In this document: positions 41,101 through 56,100 of the stretch, piece by piece
Layout: every line of letters begins with the position of its first letter
How positions within the stretch are numbered: the first letter of the stretch is position 1
Assembly: GCA_951406725.2 (NCBI GenBank)
Contig: OX597815.1
Span: 152,582,001-152,646,000 of the forward strand
DNA length: 64,000 nt
Reading direction: 5' to 3'
Source: Octopus vulgaris
Taxonomy: Eukaryota
Notes under the pieces: model-generated
The model's input: the letters and a program-made list of their open reading frames with translations, nothing else
The model's database searches: none
Told to the model about the DNA's origin: nothing
Position numbers and translations under genes: made by a program

Positions 41101-44100
41101 CGCAACACAGCACTTGGTCCATTCTCTGATATCCTTGTTGATACTGGTCCACACAAAACAGGTTGATATCAGCTTTTGAGTGGAGCGAATACCAGGATGT
41201 GACAGAGAATGCAGAGTGGAGAAAACTTCTCGACCTTGTTTCTGTGGTATATAGGGGCGTTGGTGACCAGTGGAGATATCACACCAAATATGGGCCATGG
41301 ATGATGGTAGCGGAACATGCTGAAATTTCATAGATGACGAATTCCGGAGCTTTAGAAGCTCTTCGTCATTCTCCTGATTAGCTGCTATACGTGCCAGATC
41401 AATTGTAGCCGTGGTGTGGATAGCATTGATCTGCGTGCGTGAAAGTGCATCGGCTGCTAAGTTGGTGTGGCATATATCCGTTCGTATACTGCGATATGAA
41501 GTCGAGGTGGCAGATTTCTCTCGGCGAGTGGCGATCTGGCTTGGTGTTAAATGCATATACCAGTGGCTTGTGGTCAGTGTATATGGCAAAATTGGTACCT
41601 TCTAGCATGTGACGGAAATGCTTAATGGCCAGGTAAGCCGCTAATAATTCTCAACTGAATGTACTGTATTTGGTTTCCGCGGGTTTTAACCGCTTAGAAA
41701 AGAAGGACAACGGTTGGCATATACCGTCAACAAGCTGCTGTACTACACCTCCAACTCCGGAATCAGATGCATCAACGAGTAAACACCATGGGGCGTCTGG
41801 TTTTGGATAAACCAACATGGTAGTGTTGGATAACGCTTTTTTCAGGGCACCGAATGAGGCGAGTTGATCTTTGGTCAGTGCAATTTCCGTATTTTTGCAA
41901 GTTCGCTGACGTAGCAAATCCGTGAGCGGTTGCGCTATCTCAGCGAGATGGGGTACGAACCGTCGATAGAAATTCGCTAGACCGAGATATTCCCTTAATT
42001 TGCAGAGCGATGTGGGTGGTGGGAAATCCGCGATGGCCTTGACTTTCTCAGGAAGGGGACGAATTCCATCCTTATCGACGATGTGCCCGAGAAAATGAAG
42101 GGAAGCAACTCCGAACAAACACTTACTGGGGTTGATAACAACACTGTGTTTGCGGAGGCGTTCGAATAGCAGGTGATGGTGTTGGTTATGTTCTTCGCCC
42201 AAGTTACTGACCACGAGTATGTGGCAAACCTCTAGTCACCATGTCGATAAACCTTTGGGATATCTGTGTGGTGTTGTGTAAACTGAAAGGCATACGCTGG
42301 AATTCAAACATTCCGAAGGGTGTAATAACTGCTGTCTTCGAGATGTCCGCAGGTTCCACTGGGATTTGGTAGTATGCTTGCACAAGGTCGATTTTGGAAA
42401 AGATGCAAGCTCCATGCAGCGAGCTTGAAAAATCTTGAAGAAATGGGACCGGGTAGGCATCACTGATAGTACTTTTATTCAGCGATCGATAATCACTGCA
42501 AACCCGCCAATCAGTCGAGGATTTTTTGGGGGACGCAGTGTATCGGCGAGGACCAGTTGCTGCTAGAAGGGCGGATGATTCCGAGGTCGAGCATGTGCTG
42601 GAATTCCCGCTTGACAGCCTTGAGGCGCTCAGGTGGTAGCCTTCTGGGTCTTGCAGCAACAGGTGGACCACTGGTTTTGATGTGGTGGGTAACGTCGTGC
42701 TTGATCGGCTGGTTGTGGAATACTGGTCAAGTGACGTCCGGATATTCCTTCAGGATAGAACTGTGACGAGTCGTTGTTGTGAGCAATATAGTTGGGGTGA
42801 CTGTGGCCATACGAGCGGCTATACCGCACACAGTAAGCTTTGTGGTGCTGTCGATAAGTCGTCTATTTTTGATGTCTAACAGGAGACCGAAATGATGCAG
42901 GAAATCGGCTCCCAAGATAGGGGTTGGCAGTTTAGCGATGACAAATACCCACTGAAAGGTGCAGCGTAGTCCTAAGTTCAGTGTTAGGGACTGTTCACCG
43001 TAGGTTGAGATGGGTGAATGGTTGACTGCCTGAAGACAGACTGGTGTCTCTTTTCTTTCTCCTGAAGTGTTGGAGACAGGGATGATGCTGACTTCCGCGC
43101 TGGTATCAACCAGGAAATGCGTGCCTGTTACTCGATCGCAAACGAAAAATAGGCGACTGTGTGGGTGCGAGCCAGGAACTTCTGTCGCGTTCAATTCCTG
43201 GCTGTGTCATTTCCCGAAATAAATGAGGAAAACGAGCATGGTATCGTGCATTTTTGCGTCTGTGTTCCAAACTTTCGGTGGGACCAACACAAGTCATGTC
43301 AGTTGCGGGTAGCACTGGGTTGGCTTCGGGGCCATCTACCATCTCGGCGCGATCGGCTACTGCTTCGACACTGCATTCCACGCGATAGAGCTTGTATCTG
43401 GTCTATCAGGGCCTGTATCCGTGAAGCCCGCTGAGTGACCAATGCATGCAAGTCAGAAATTTCCGAAACACTGGACGCCAAAAGGAAAGGGTTGGGGGAA
43501 GGAATCGCTGCCTGGAATGACATGTCGACTGAAGATGTGTTTTCCGCTGGGGTTCAGTTCTGGCAGGGCCATTGTGTTCGCCGGAATTCTCAGTTGTTTC
43601 GTTACCGGGTGATGTGCAAGCTGTGATTCTTCGACGCGGTTGATGAAGCTGGTTCAGGGGAAGGCCACAATTCGTTGATGGGGTAACCAAATGTAGAGGT
43701 TAAGTGTGTATGTAAACAAATGCGTAAACCGATTCATGATTGAAAGGAATTTATTTACAGGGTTTGATTTGTTATAGGTACACTCCCTACAAAATGAAGG
43801 AACTCCTACGAGTTGCTAGAAATACAGAGTACATATTAGGAATGAAAATGTTTGTGTGTGTGCGTGTTTGATTCGAAACAGTTGTCTATCGGCACTTCGA
43901 ACATTTCTCTCTGCCTCTGCGGTCTGCCAAAACCTGCCTCTCCTGTTTCACCGGGTTTTATAATATTTGTGGCAGTTAGAAAGACAGACATGTTGCAGCA
44001 GAGTTTGTACCTAAATAGGTCAGCGCTTGTCCAGTTGAACTTCGCCTGTCAGAGGGAGATGATCAATCAATTTTTGACAGGACAAAGAAAACCTTTTTAC

Positions 44101-47100
44101 GCGCCTGTTGATCGTCGTGGTTTGGACGACCGATAATTCTTGGATTCGGTTTCGAATCTAGGCTTGGAGAAGGAAGTGAAAATTCTTACAAACACGTCCA
44201 AGTCAGTTCTTATTCATCCAATGTCCAAGTCAGTTCTTATTCTGAGTTAACATCCACTTTCACTGCTTCAGGTACACACATGTCTCACTTAAATACTCTG
44301 GATTTTCTTTGAGGAGATACCCTTCTTAACACCAACCATTTTATAAAGGATCTTGGGTATGTTTTATTGTAACACAGGCAATAATAAGATTGTCATCATC
44401 ATCACCATTTATCGTCCATTGTCCATGCTGGCATGGGGTGGATAGTGTGACCAGAGCTGACAAGCGGAGGGGCTGTACCAGACTCTAATGTCCACAACTA
44501 GATTGAACGTTGCACTCAAAATTACACTATCTCTTCTCATTCACCAATTGCTTTCATGTGTGCACTGGGGCCATTTTCTCATAGTGCTAGCACTGGTCAG
44601 GTTGTCTAGCATCTCATAATATTATACAATTCTCATTGCACTTTCATGTGTTTTTACAATCATGAAGACATTTTGAGAAAGTGAGATGTTTAAGTGATAA
44701 AGGAAGAATTCTGAGGATGCAGGTACTGGAAGTTACAAGAAAATGAGGATAGCAAGAATGACTTGAAAGAGAGGTGGAGAATGACATGACCGAATGGATG
44801 AAGCTAAGATACAATTATTTGTGAGATGGTTAATGATTCACTAACATCTTGAGAATCCAATTATCAAAGACAGTGTTACTTGCTAGAACATCAATGCTGG
44901 CTTTGGTAAAGTATGAGGCTCAATCACAAAATCTCGACAAGACTTAGAATATCTACCTGTGAAATCATTTGGTCAGTGAATGTTTGTAAAGGGTAAAAGT
45001 TTAGATTAATAATTATAGCTTTTTGTATGAATGTGAATGTTGGTAAATTATACTATAATTTATAACACTTAAAATTATGTATTTAAGGCTTACAAAGGCA
45101 GGTTACAAATGAAGAGCCAGCATGTGAGATTGAAACTGAAGTACCAAATAGATTTCTATAAGTTTTCCCTTGAGCACTAGCATTGGTCAGTTTCTCTTGT
45201 GTCCCATAAAATTAGACTATTCTTACTGCTCTTATGATGTGTTTTTTCATTCAAGGTGACAAGTTGAGAAGTGATGACAGAGAAAGAATGAGGATGCAGG
45301 GAGTGAAAGTTGTGAGAAAATGATGATAAGAATGGTGATTTGAAAGAGAGGTGAAGAATGACAAGACTGAGTGACTGTCAGTTGTGAGCCAACAGAGATG
45401 ATTTATGATGTATTAACATCTTGGCAGTGTGATAATTAGAGTCAAAAGTACTTATAAGAACATCATTTTCAGCATTCTAATGTAGGAGATTCAATAACAA
45501 ATCTCAACTGGAAATGTTTTTAAGTGGTAAAAATTGTTAAAGATAATTTCCTTTGTTTACAAAATCATTGTCCAGAATTTCTTCTTGATTTATCATCTTA
45601 TGAAGATGTCAGATTTTTTACAGTAGTCTGATGTGTGATATGAGATATCATCTCTCACAGGAGTTTCTTCCCAGAATGTCTCAGGCTTACAAGGGCATTA
45701 TAGTATTATAATATGTATTATAGTCTATATATATATCTCACTGAATGATCAAAAACAAATGTTTTTTATTGCAAAAACACAACTGTTTTCACTAACTGGA
45801 CATACAAATAAACATCTCTATAAAAGTTAGCTTCAATCTCCACAATTTTACCTTTATTTTCTTCTTGACTACCCGAAATATGCAAACATACTTTTTATTG
45901 GAATACCAGAAATAAACACATGGAGAAAAAGAAGGAAATAAAAATAGATGATACTAATAATAGATTCTCTATCATCGAACACAACTCTATTCACAAATAC
46001 AGATCAAAGTCGGCCCTTCGTTGATTTTTTTCTCAAAGTCATGGTCACAGTTTGCATGTTCCAACAACAATATAGTAGACATTTGAAATCTTTTTGACCG
46101 ATCAGACTCCATCATACTTAAAAAAAAAGTAGTAGTTGCGTATCTTTTCCTTTTGAACGGCACTTTGTAATTAAAAAGTTTTAAACTTTGTATACTGGTA
46201 GAATGTGTTTGTAAAACATCTTTTCTCTTGGCTTTATTGAGAAAATTGTATAGGTTGTAAGATATTTTGTCTTTAATTTCAAGCATTTTGGCAATTTTAA
46301 CTAATCGCTGAGGCCCATTTAGGTAAATAACATTCTGTGCATAATGAATATGTCCCTTCTATAAGAAACAGATTGCATATATTTAGATTTGTGAAGAAAA
46401 CAAGATACCCTTCCCCAAACCCTAACCCTAACCCTAACTAACCCTAACTCTAATCCTAAATCTAAAATAGACTGAAATGCAATAGATCGATACTAGGTCC
46501 ATAATTATGGGTGACATTTTCATTTGAGATCGCTAGAAAAAAATCCCATTTACCATAGCGGTGTCGTATGAAATTGTCACCGATAATTATAATCCTAGTA
46601 TTGATCTATTGCATTTCAATCTATTTAGGGTTAGTCAGGGTTAGGGTTAGGGGTGGGGGAAGGGTATCTTATTTTCTTCACAAATGTAAATAAATCCAAT
46701 CTGTTTCGTAAAGGAGGGACATATTTATTATGTACAGAATGTTATTTACCTAAATGGACGTCAGCCATTGGTTAAAATTGCCAAAATGCTCGAAATTAAA
46801 GACAAAATATCTTACAACATATAGAATTTTCTCAATAAAGCCAAGAGAAGAATGAAGTTTTACAAACACATTCTACCAGTATACGAAGTTTAAAACATTT
46901 GAGTTACCTAGATATTATGTCACAAAGTGCCGTTCAAAAGGAAAAGATCCGTAGTTGCTGCTACAACTACTACCACTGCTACTATCAGAAATAACTACTA
47001 CTACTACTGCTACAATTAGAAACATAAGTTGACAGTGACATTGAGATGTTTTTCCCTGTGTCTGAATCATACCGGTGACACCAATGAAAAATCCCTTCCT

Positions 47101-50100
47101 TCTTTTCTTTTGTCGGGAGAAAAGAGAATTTACAGTAAAAACAAACCTTCAGCTCTCCCTCCAGCATAAAAATTACTTTAACAAAATATTTTAATAGGGC
47201 AAAACGTGCGAAAAATTTAAATTAAATTAATGAAAGACAAATACATGAGCCTTCTCGCACATAAACACATTTATTCACATATATACAAACACATAAGCAG
47301 ACGCAAATATTGAAGTACTAAATAGTACAACAAATAATATTTAACCATGTGGAGCATTTTACATGCATATCAATATTCTAAAGTTGGACCTACTATTCCT
47401 TATCCTAAAGCTACTAACAGATAAAGAAGAAAAGTTCCTGACTCATTTCACCGTCTACTTTCAATCTTTGATTGTGACTCTGCTCAACCCAAACTTTCTC
47501 AGATTTTGCCTGCTGTTATCTACACCTACAAAGATTGCAGCTGTTTTTATTCCTGCTTTTAACTATCAGAATTATCCTAGAACCCCTGGCAGCTATAGAA
47601 GATTGTTTTTGTCAACCATCTATCATGTCGTCCGAGCCTGGCTCAGCTACCTACAAATCGAAACTGAGATCTGCGAAAAGGGCTCGATCTGCTGATCCTA
47701 TTTTGGAAAATTTAGTTAATAAGGTGAACAGTGATATCAAGCTTTCACATGAAGACCCTGAAATCAAGATTTCTCATCAAGAAGATGGTCTTACTAACAA
47801 ATATCTCAATGAGCAGTTGCTGTTGCTTAAACAAGAGGTCGAACACCTTAAGTCTGTTGTTGCTGAATTACAGAATAAAAAAAACTGAATCCCATTCAAA
47901 GTCTCCTATTGATGAAGAGCCACTCTTGATTTCTTCCCTAAAGACTTCCAAACTGAAGAGATCAAAATCGAAGCGGTCAAAGAAGGCAAAAGTTCTGGCA
48001 GTCGTTTCCACTCATGATCCTATCTGTGCAGATTCTTCCTCATCTGCCTTTTTGGTCCCGGAGGTTCCCCAACCTGAATTGAGGAGCGTACACTCAAACC
48101 CACCTGAAGTCCATTGTTCTCCCCAAAAGAAGAAATGTAGTCAAAACTCCGGTGGGGCAGATTTAGATGCGAAACCTGCTCAAGATCAAATCTGTTTGGA
48201 TTCTCCCTCGTTTGTCCTTCTCATCAATGCCATTGCTCAAACAATTCTGCATGATCTTGATGTGAGTTCATCTGGGGAGTGGTGCTCCTCCAAAACAAAA
48301 AGAGGCAGTGCAGTTCCAAACCAGGCGGTAAAGTTATGACCACTAAACCCATTCCTTCGACCCCAAAGGCCTACATAAGTGTGATGGCTACGAAACTGCC
48401 CTTTCTGATTTATCAGATGAAGAATCGAATGCCGTAGTTCACAGTAGAGAACAGAACGACCATTTTGCCCACTCAAGATCAGCAATCATTTATGGTAAAG
48501 CTGAATCCACCAGTGATACAAGCATAAACCGCCTAAAAGATGACATAAATTTTGTTTCCGTTTTAGTTGGAGAATTGCACTTTGTCAACGAAAATGTCAT
48601 TATCCATAAGGTCGCTCGGCTAGGAAGATTCCAAGTGAACTCAACCTCAGACACAAGACCACGCCCAATAAGAGTAATCTTTTCTTCCGATCAGGAGGCT
48701 TCAACCTTTCTGAACAGAGTTCAGAAGCATGCCCGGGAGGATTCTATATGGGTTTTCGCAAGGAATACTCACTTTGAAGTGTGTACAGGGGCCATTTTCA
48801 CTTATAGTGCTAGCACTGGTCAGGTTGTCTTGCATCTCATATTATACAATTCTCATTGTTCTCTGATGTGTTTTTACAATCATGAAGACATGTTGAAAAG
48901 TGAGATGTTTAAGTGATAAGGGAAGAATAATGTGGATGCAGGTACTGAAAGTTACAAGAAAATGAGGATAAGAACAATGACATTAAAGAGAGGTGGAGAA
49001 TGACATGACCAAACGGATGAAGCTAAGATACAATTATTTGTGAGATGGTTAATGATTCACTAACATCTTGAGAATCCAATAATCAAAGACAGTGTTACTT
49101 AATGGAACATCAATGCTGGCTTTGGTAAAGTATGAGGCTCAATCACAAAATCTCAACAAGCGTTAGAAAGTCTACCTGTGAAATCATTTGTTCAGTGTTG
49201 TTGTGAATATTTGTAAAAGGTAAAAGTTTTGATTAATAATTAAAGGTTTTTGTGTGAATGTGAATGTTGGTAAATTTTACTATAAATTATAACACTTGAA
49301 ATTATGAATTTCAGACATTAATCTGCAGAATACACTTGCACAGCCACATGGTGAGTATAAAACTGAAGTATCAAATTGATTTCTATAAGTTTTCGCCTGA
49401 GGACTGGCATTGGTCAGTTTCTCTTGTGTCCCATAAAATTAGACACTTCTTACTGCTCTAAATGTGTTCTTTCATTCAAGGTGACAAGTTGAGAAGTGAT
49501 GACAGAGAAAGAATGAGGATGCAGGGAGTGAAAGTTGTGAGATAATGAGGATAAGAATGGTGATTTGAAAGAGAGGAGGAGAATGACAAAACTGAGTGAC
49601 TGTCAGTTGTGAGCCAACAGAGATGATTATTGATGTATTAACATCTAGGGAAACTGATAATTAAAGTCAAAAGTACTTATAAGAACATCATTTTCAGCTT
49701 TCTAATGTAGGAAATTCAATAACAAATCTCAACTGAAAATGTTTCAGTTGTTGACGATAATTGTTAAAGATAATTTCCTTTGTTTACAAAATCGTTCTCC
49801 AGAAGTCCTTCTTGATTCAACATCTTATGAAGTTGTCAGATTTGTACAGTAGTCTGATGTTTGATATGAGATATCCTCTCTTGCAGGAGTATCTTCCCAA
49901 AATGTCTCAGGCTAGAATATGTATTATAATCTATATATATATATATATATATATATATGAGTATATATATATATATATATATATTTGTAACTTAGATTGC
50001 ATGTATCTGTGCGTGTAAATGTGTGTCTGTCTGTATGTGTGCTTCACTAAAACTCAAGAACTAACCAACTGATTTCATTCAAATTTCACACCTGCCTTAG

Positions 50101-53100
50101 TTATGGTCCATGTTGTCATGGGCCAAACAAAGTTTCAACGTCTTGCGTAATGTGATCCTGGAGCAATCTCTTATCTCTTACGCTATTTCGGTATTACTTG
50201 TCAGAAGGGAAACAATAAAATCTCTATTGTAATGTGAACTAATACATTCACTGTGATATATTTATGTATGTATCTGTAAGTATATATATGCATGTATATG
50301 TATGTTTACATATACATGCACACATATCAGATCAGATTGGAGCCTGGTGCAGCCTTCTGGCTTGCTAGACCTCAGCATGGAAAGCAGATATTAAAATACG
50401 ATGATGATAATGATGATGATCATGATCATGGAGCTTCTACTTTATAGATCTGTGCTGAGACAATCATATTCACTGTAATGAAAGCCACATATTTTTTAGT
50501 CAGATTATATACAATTTATATAGATATCTAGTATTGCAATGTCAGACAGTGTTTTTTGTATTGCATATACAACCTGTTAACATGATAATGAATCAGATAT
50601 TATTCATTAATTGATTTACATTTGTATGTCTGAAATTTAACCTTATTTTGTCATAGCATCATCTTGTATCCTCACCAAACAGATTTAAACTTTATTACCA
50701 TCTGTGTAAATAATTCAACTGTTTTTCTTGGGCATGCAACCACTCCACTACAAAATGGTATTATTGACTTCTGTAGTCCAATAAGGTCCAGATGTTATTG
50801 TGTCCTAAAACAAAATGTGAAACATATCTGTATATTTATGGTACTATTTTGGTATATTTTATAAAGCATTATTGTGACATTTTGTAATTAGTTGGTCTTA
50901 ATTCACATCAATGACAAATGTAGTACAACAGTGGTAATGTGAAAGGGATTACATATTCCTTGTGATGTTGTCCTTATATTAGCTATAACATCACATACAG
51001 TTTCTGTCAGTCACACCCTGCTACACAGGTGTAAGTTCCAAGTCCTCAAGTTAGATACAGGCTGCTTGATGCAAAATAATAAATGATAGTGTCTTTACCA
51101 TTCACCATCAGCTTCCATGCTCCCATCAATTAGATGGGTCATCAATGTCCCAGTCAGTTCTTATTCTGACTTAACATCCACTTTCACTGCTTGAGGTACA
51201 CACGCGTCTCACTTAAATACTCTGGATTTTTTTTGAGGAGATACCCTTCTTAACACCAACCATTTTATAAAGGATCTTGGGTATGTTTTATTGTAACACA
51301 GGCAATAATAAGACTGTCATCATCATCACCATTTATCGTCCATTGTCCATGCTGGCATGGGGTGGACAGTGTGACCAGAGCTGACAAGCGGAGGGGCTGT
51401 ACCAGACTCTAATGTCCACAACTAGATTGAACATTGCACTCAAAATTACGCTGTCTCCTCTCATTCATCAATCACTTTCATGTGTGTACTGGGGCCATTT
51501 TCTCATAGTGCTAGCACTGGTCAGTTTGTCTAGCATCTCATAATATTATACAATTCTCATTGCACTTTCATGTGTTTTTACAATCATGAAGACATTTTGA
51601 GAAAGTGAGATGTTTAAGTGATAAAGGAAGAATTCTGAGGATGCAGGTACTGAAAGTTACAAGAAAATGAGGATAGCAAGAATGACTTGAAAGAGAGGTG
51701 GAGAATGACATGACCGAATGGATGAAGCTAAGATACAATTATTTGTGAGATGGTTAATGATTCACTAACATCTTGAGAATCCAATTATCAAAGACAGTGT
51801 TACATGCTAGAACATCAATGTTGGCTTTGGTAATCACAAAATCTCAACAAGACTTAGAATGTCTACCTGTGAAATCATTTGGTCAGTGAATGTTTGTAAA
51901 AGGTAAAAGTTTAGATTAATAATTATAGCTTTTTGTATGAATGTGAATGTTGGTAAATTATACTATAATTTATAACACTTGAAATTATGTATTTCAGGCT
52001 TACAAAGGCAGGATACATATGAAGAGCCAATAAGTGAGTATAAAACTGAAGTACCAAATTGATTTCTATAAGTTTTCCCTTGAGCACTAGCATTGGTCAG
52101 TTTCTCTTGTGTCCCATAAAATTAGACTATTCTTACTGCTCTTATGATGTGTTTTTTCATTCTAGGTGACAAGTTGAGAAGTGATGACAGAGAAAGAATG
52201 AGGATGCAGGGAATGCAAGTTGTGAGAAAATGATAAGAATGGTGATTTGAAAGAAAGGTGGAGAATGACAAGACTGAGTGACAATCAGCTGTGAGCCAAC
52301 AGAGATGATTTATGACGTATTAACATCTTGGGAGTGTGATAATTAAAGTCAAAAGTACTTATAAGAACATCATTTTCAGCATTCTAATGTAGGAAATTCA
52401 ATAACAAATCTCAACTGGAAATTTTTTTAAGTGTAAAAATTGTTAAAGATAATTTCCTTTGTTTAATAAATCATTGTCCAGAATTTCTTCTTGATTTATC
52501 ATCTTATGGAGATGTCAGATTTTTACAGTAGTCTGATGTGTGATATGAGATATCATCTCTCACAGAAGTTTCTTCCCAGAATGTCTCAGGCTTACAAGGG
52601 CATTATAGTATTATAATATGTATTATAGTCTATATATATATATCTCACTGAATGTTCAAAAACAAATGTTTTTTATTGCAAAAACACAACTGTTTTCACT
52701 AACTGGACATACAAATAAACATCTCTATAAAAGTTAGCTTCAATCTCCACAATTTTACCTTTATTTTCTTCTTGACTACCCGAAATATGCAAACATACTT
52801 TTTATTGGAATACCAGAAATAAACACACGGAGAAAAAGAAGGAAATAAAAATAGATGATACTAATAATAGATTCTCTATCATCGAACACAACTCTATTCA
52901 CAAATACAGATCAAAGTCGGCCCTTCGTTGATTTTTTTCTCAAAGTCATGGTCACTGTTTGCATGTTCCAACAACAATATAGTAGACATTTGAACTCTTT
53001 TTGACCGATCAGACTCCATCATACTTTAAAAAAAAAAGTAGTAGTTGCGTATCTTTTCCTTTTGAACGGCACTTTGTAATTAAAAAGTTTTAAACTTTGT

Positions 53101-56100
53101 ATACTGGTAGAATGTGTTTGTAAAACATCTTTTTCTCTTGGCTTTATTGAGAAAATTGTATAGGTTGTAAGATATTTTGTCTTTAATTTCAAGCATTTTG
53201 GCAATTTTAACTAATCGCTGAGGCCCATTTAGGTAAATAACATTTTGTGCATAATGAATATGTCCCTCCTATAAGAAACAGATTGCTTATATTTACATTT
53301 GTGAAGAAAACAAGATACACTTCCCCAACCCCTATCCCTAACACTAACTAACTCTAACTCTAATCCTAAATCTAAATTAGACTGAAATGCAATAGATCGA
53401 TACTAGGTCCATAATTATGGGTGACATTTTCATTTGACACCGCTAGAAAAAAATCCCATTTTCCATAGCGGTGTCATATGAAATTGTCACCCATAATTAT
53501 AACCCTAGTATTGATCTATTGCATTTCAATCTATTTAGGGTTAGAGTTAGGGTTGGTCAGGGTTAGGGTTATGGGTGGGGGAAGGGTATCTTATTTTCTT
53601 CACAAATGTAAATAAATCCAATCTGTTTCTTAAAGGAGGGACATATTCATTATGTACAGAATGTTATTTACCTAAATGGACGTCAGCCATTGGTTAAAGT
53701 TGCCAAAATGCTCGAAATTAAAGACGAAATATCTTACAACATATAGAATTTTCTCAATAAAAACAAGAGAAAAATGATGTTTTACAAACACATTCTACCA
53801 GTATACGAAGTTTAAAACTTTTTAGTTACCTAGATATTATGTCACAAAGTGCCGTTCAAAAGGAAGAGATCCGTAGTAGCTGCTACAACTACTACCACTG
53901 CTACTGTCAGGAATAACTACTACTACTACTGCTACAATTAGAAACATAAGTTGACAGTGACATCGAGATGTTTTTCCCTGTGTCTCAATCATAACGGTGA
54001 CACCAATGAAAAATCCCTTCTTTTTTTCTTTTTTTATGGGAGAAAAGAGAATTTACAGTAAAAACAAACCTTCAGCTCTCCCTCCAGCGTAAAAATTACT
54101 TTAACAAAATATTTTAATAGGGAAAAACGTGCGAAAAAAATTAAATTAAATTAACGAAAGACAAATACATGAGCCTTCTCGCACATAAACACATTTATTC
54201 ACATATATACAAACACATAAGCAGACGCAAATATTGAAGTAATAAATAGTAAAACAAATAATATTTAACCACATGGAGCATTTTACATGCATATCAATAT
54301 TCTAAAGTTGGACCTACTATTCCTTATCCTAAAGCTACTAACAGATAAAGAAGAAAAGTTCCTGACTCATTTCACCGTCTACTTTCAATCTTTGACTGTG
54401 ATTCTGCTCAACCCAAACTTTCTCAGATTTTGCCTGCTGTTATCTACACCTACAAAGATTGCAGCTGTTTTTGTTCCTGCTTTTAACTATCAGAATTATC
54501 CTAGAACCCCTGGCAGCTATAGAAGATTGTTTTTGTCAAACATCTATCATGTCGTCCGAGCCTGGCTTAGCTACCTACAAATCGAAACTGAGATCTGCGA
54601 AAAGGGCTCGATCTGCTGATCCTATTTTGGAAAATTTAGTTAAAAATGTGATCAGTGATATCAAGCTTTCACATGAAGACCCTGAAATCAAGATTTCTTT
54701 TCAAGAAGATGGTCTTACTAACAAATATCTCAACGAGCAGTTGCTGTTGCTTAAACAAGAGGTCGAACACCTTAAGGCTTTTGTTGCTGAATTACAGAAT
54801 AAACAAGCTGAATCCCATTCAAAGTCTCCTATTGATGAAGAGCCACTCTTGATTTCTTCCCTAAAGACTTCCAAACTGAAGAGATCAAAATCGAAGCGGT
54901 CAAAGAAGGCAAAAGTTCTGGCAGTCGTTTCCACTCATGATCCTATCTGTGCAGATTCTTCCTCATCTGCCTTTTTGGTCCCAGAGGTTCCCCAACCTGA
55001 ATTGAGGAGCGTACACTCAAACCCACCTGAAGACCATTGTTCTCCCCAAAAGAAGAAATGTAGTCAAAACTCCGGTGGGGCAGATTTAGATGCGAAACCT
55101 GCTCAAGATCAAATCTGTTTGGATTCTCCCTCGTTTGTCCTTCTCATCAATGCCATTGCTCAACCAATTCTGCATGATCTTGATGTGAGTTCATCTGGGG
55201 AGTGGTGCTCCTCCAAAACAAAAAGAGGCAGTGCAGTTCCAAACCAGGCGGTAAAGTTATGACCACTAAACACATTCTGTTCGACTCCAATGGCCCACAT
55301 AAGTGTGATGGCTATGAAACAGCCCTTTCTGATTTATCAGATGAAGAATCGAATGCCGTAGTTCACAGTAGAGAACAGAACGACCATTTTGCCCACTCAA
55401 GATCAGCAATCATTTATGGTAAAGCTGAATCCACCAGTGATACAAGCATAAACCGCCTAAAAGATGACATAAATTTTGTTTCCGTTTTAGTTGGAGAATT
55501 GCACTTTGTCAACGAAAATGTCATTATCCATAAGGTCGCTCGGCTAGGAAGATTCCAAGTGAACTCAACCTCAGACACAAGACCACGCCCAATAAGAGTA
55601 ATCTTTTCTTCCGATCAGGAGGCTTCAACCTTTCTGAACAGAGTTCAGAAGCATTCCTGGGAGGACCTATATATGGGTTTTCGCAAGAAATACTCACTTT
55701 GAAGTGTGTACTTAGATTGCATGTATCTGTGCGTGTAAATGTGTGTCTGTCTGTATGTGTGCATCACTAAAACTCAAGAACTAACCAACTGATTTCATTC
55801 AAATTTCACACCTGCCTTAGTTATGGTCCATGTGGTGTCATGGGCCAAACAAAGTTTCAACGTCTTGCGTAATGTGATCCTGGAGCAATCTCTTATCTCT
55901 TACGCTATTTCGGTATTACTTGTCAGAAGGGAAACAATAAAATCTCTATTGTAATGTGAACTAATACATTCACTGTGATATATTTATGTATGTATCTGTA
56001 AGTATATATATGCATGTATATGTATGTTTACATATACATGCACACATATCAGATCAGATTGGAGCCTGGTGCAGCCTTCTGGCTTGCTAGACCTCAGCAT

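Noticed and set aside
46416-46660. CCCTAA/TTAGGG as a telomere or chromosome-fusion site
   Set aside because: Only a few units, internal to a TSD-flanked palindromic MITE repeated four times.
50664-50864. Identical 66-aa ORFs at 50664 and 56386
   Set aside because: Products of the near-identical spacer duplication; no coding features or supporting splice pattern.
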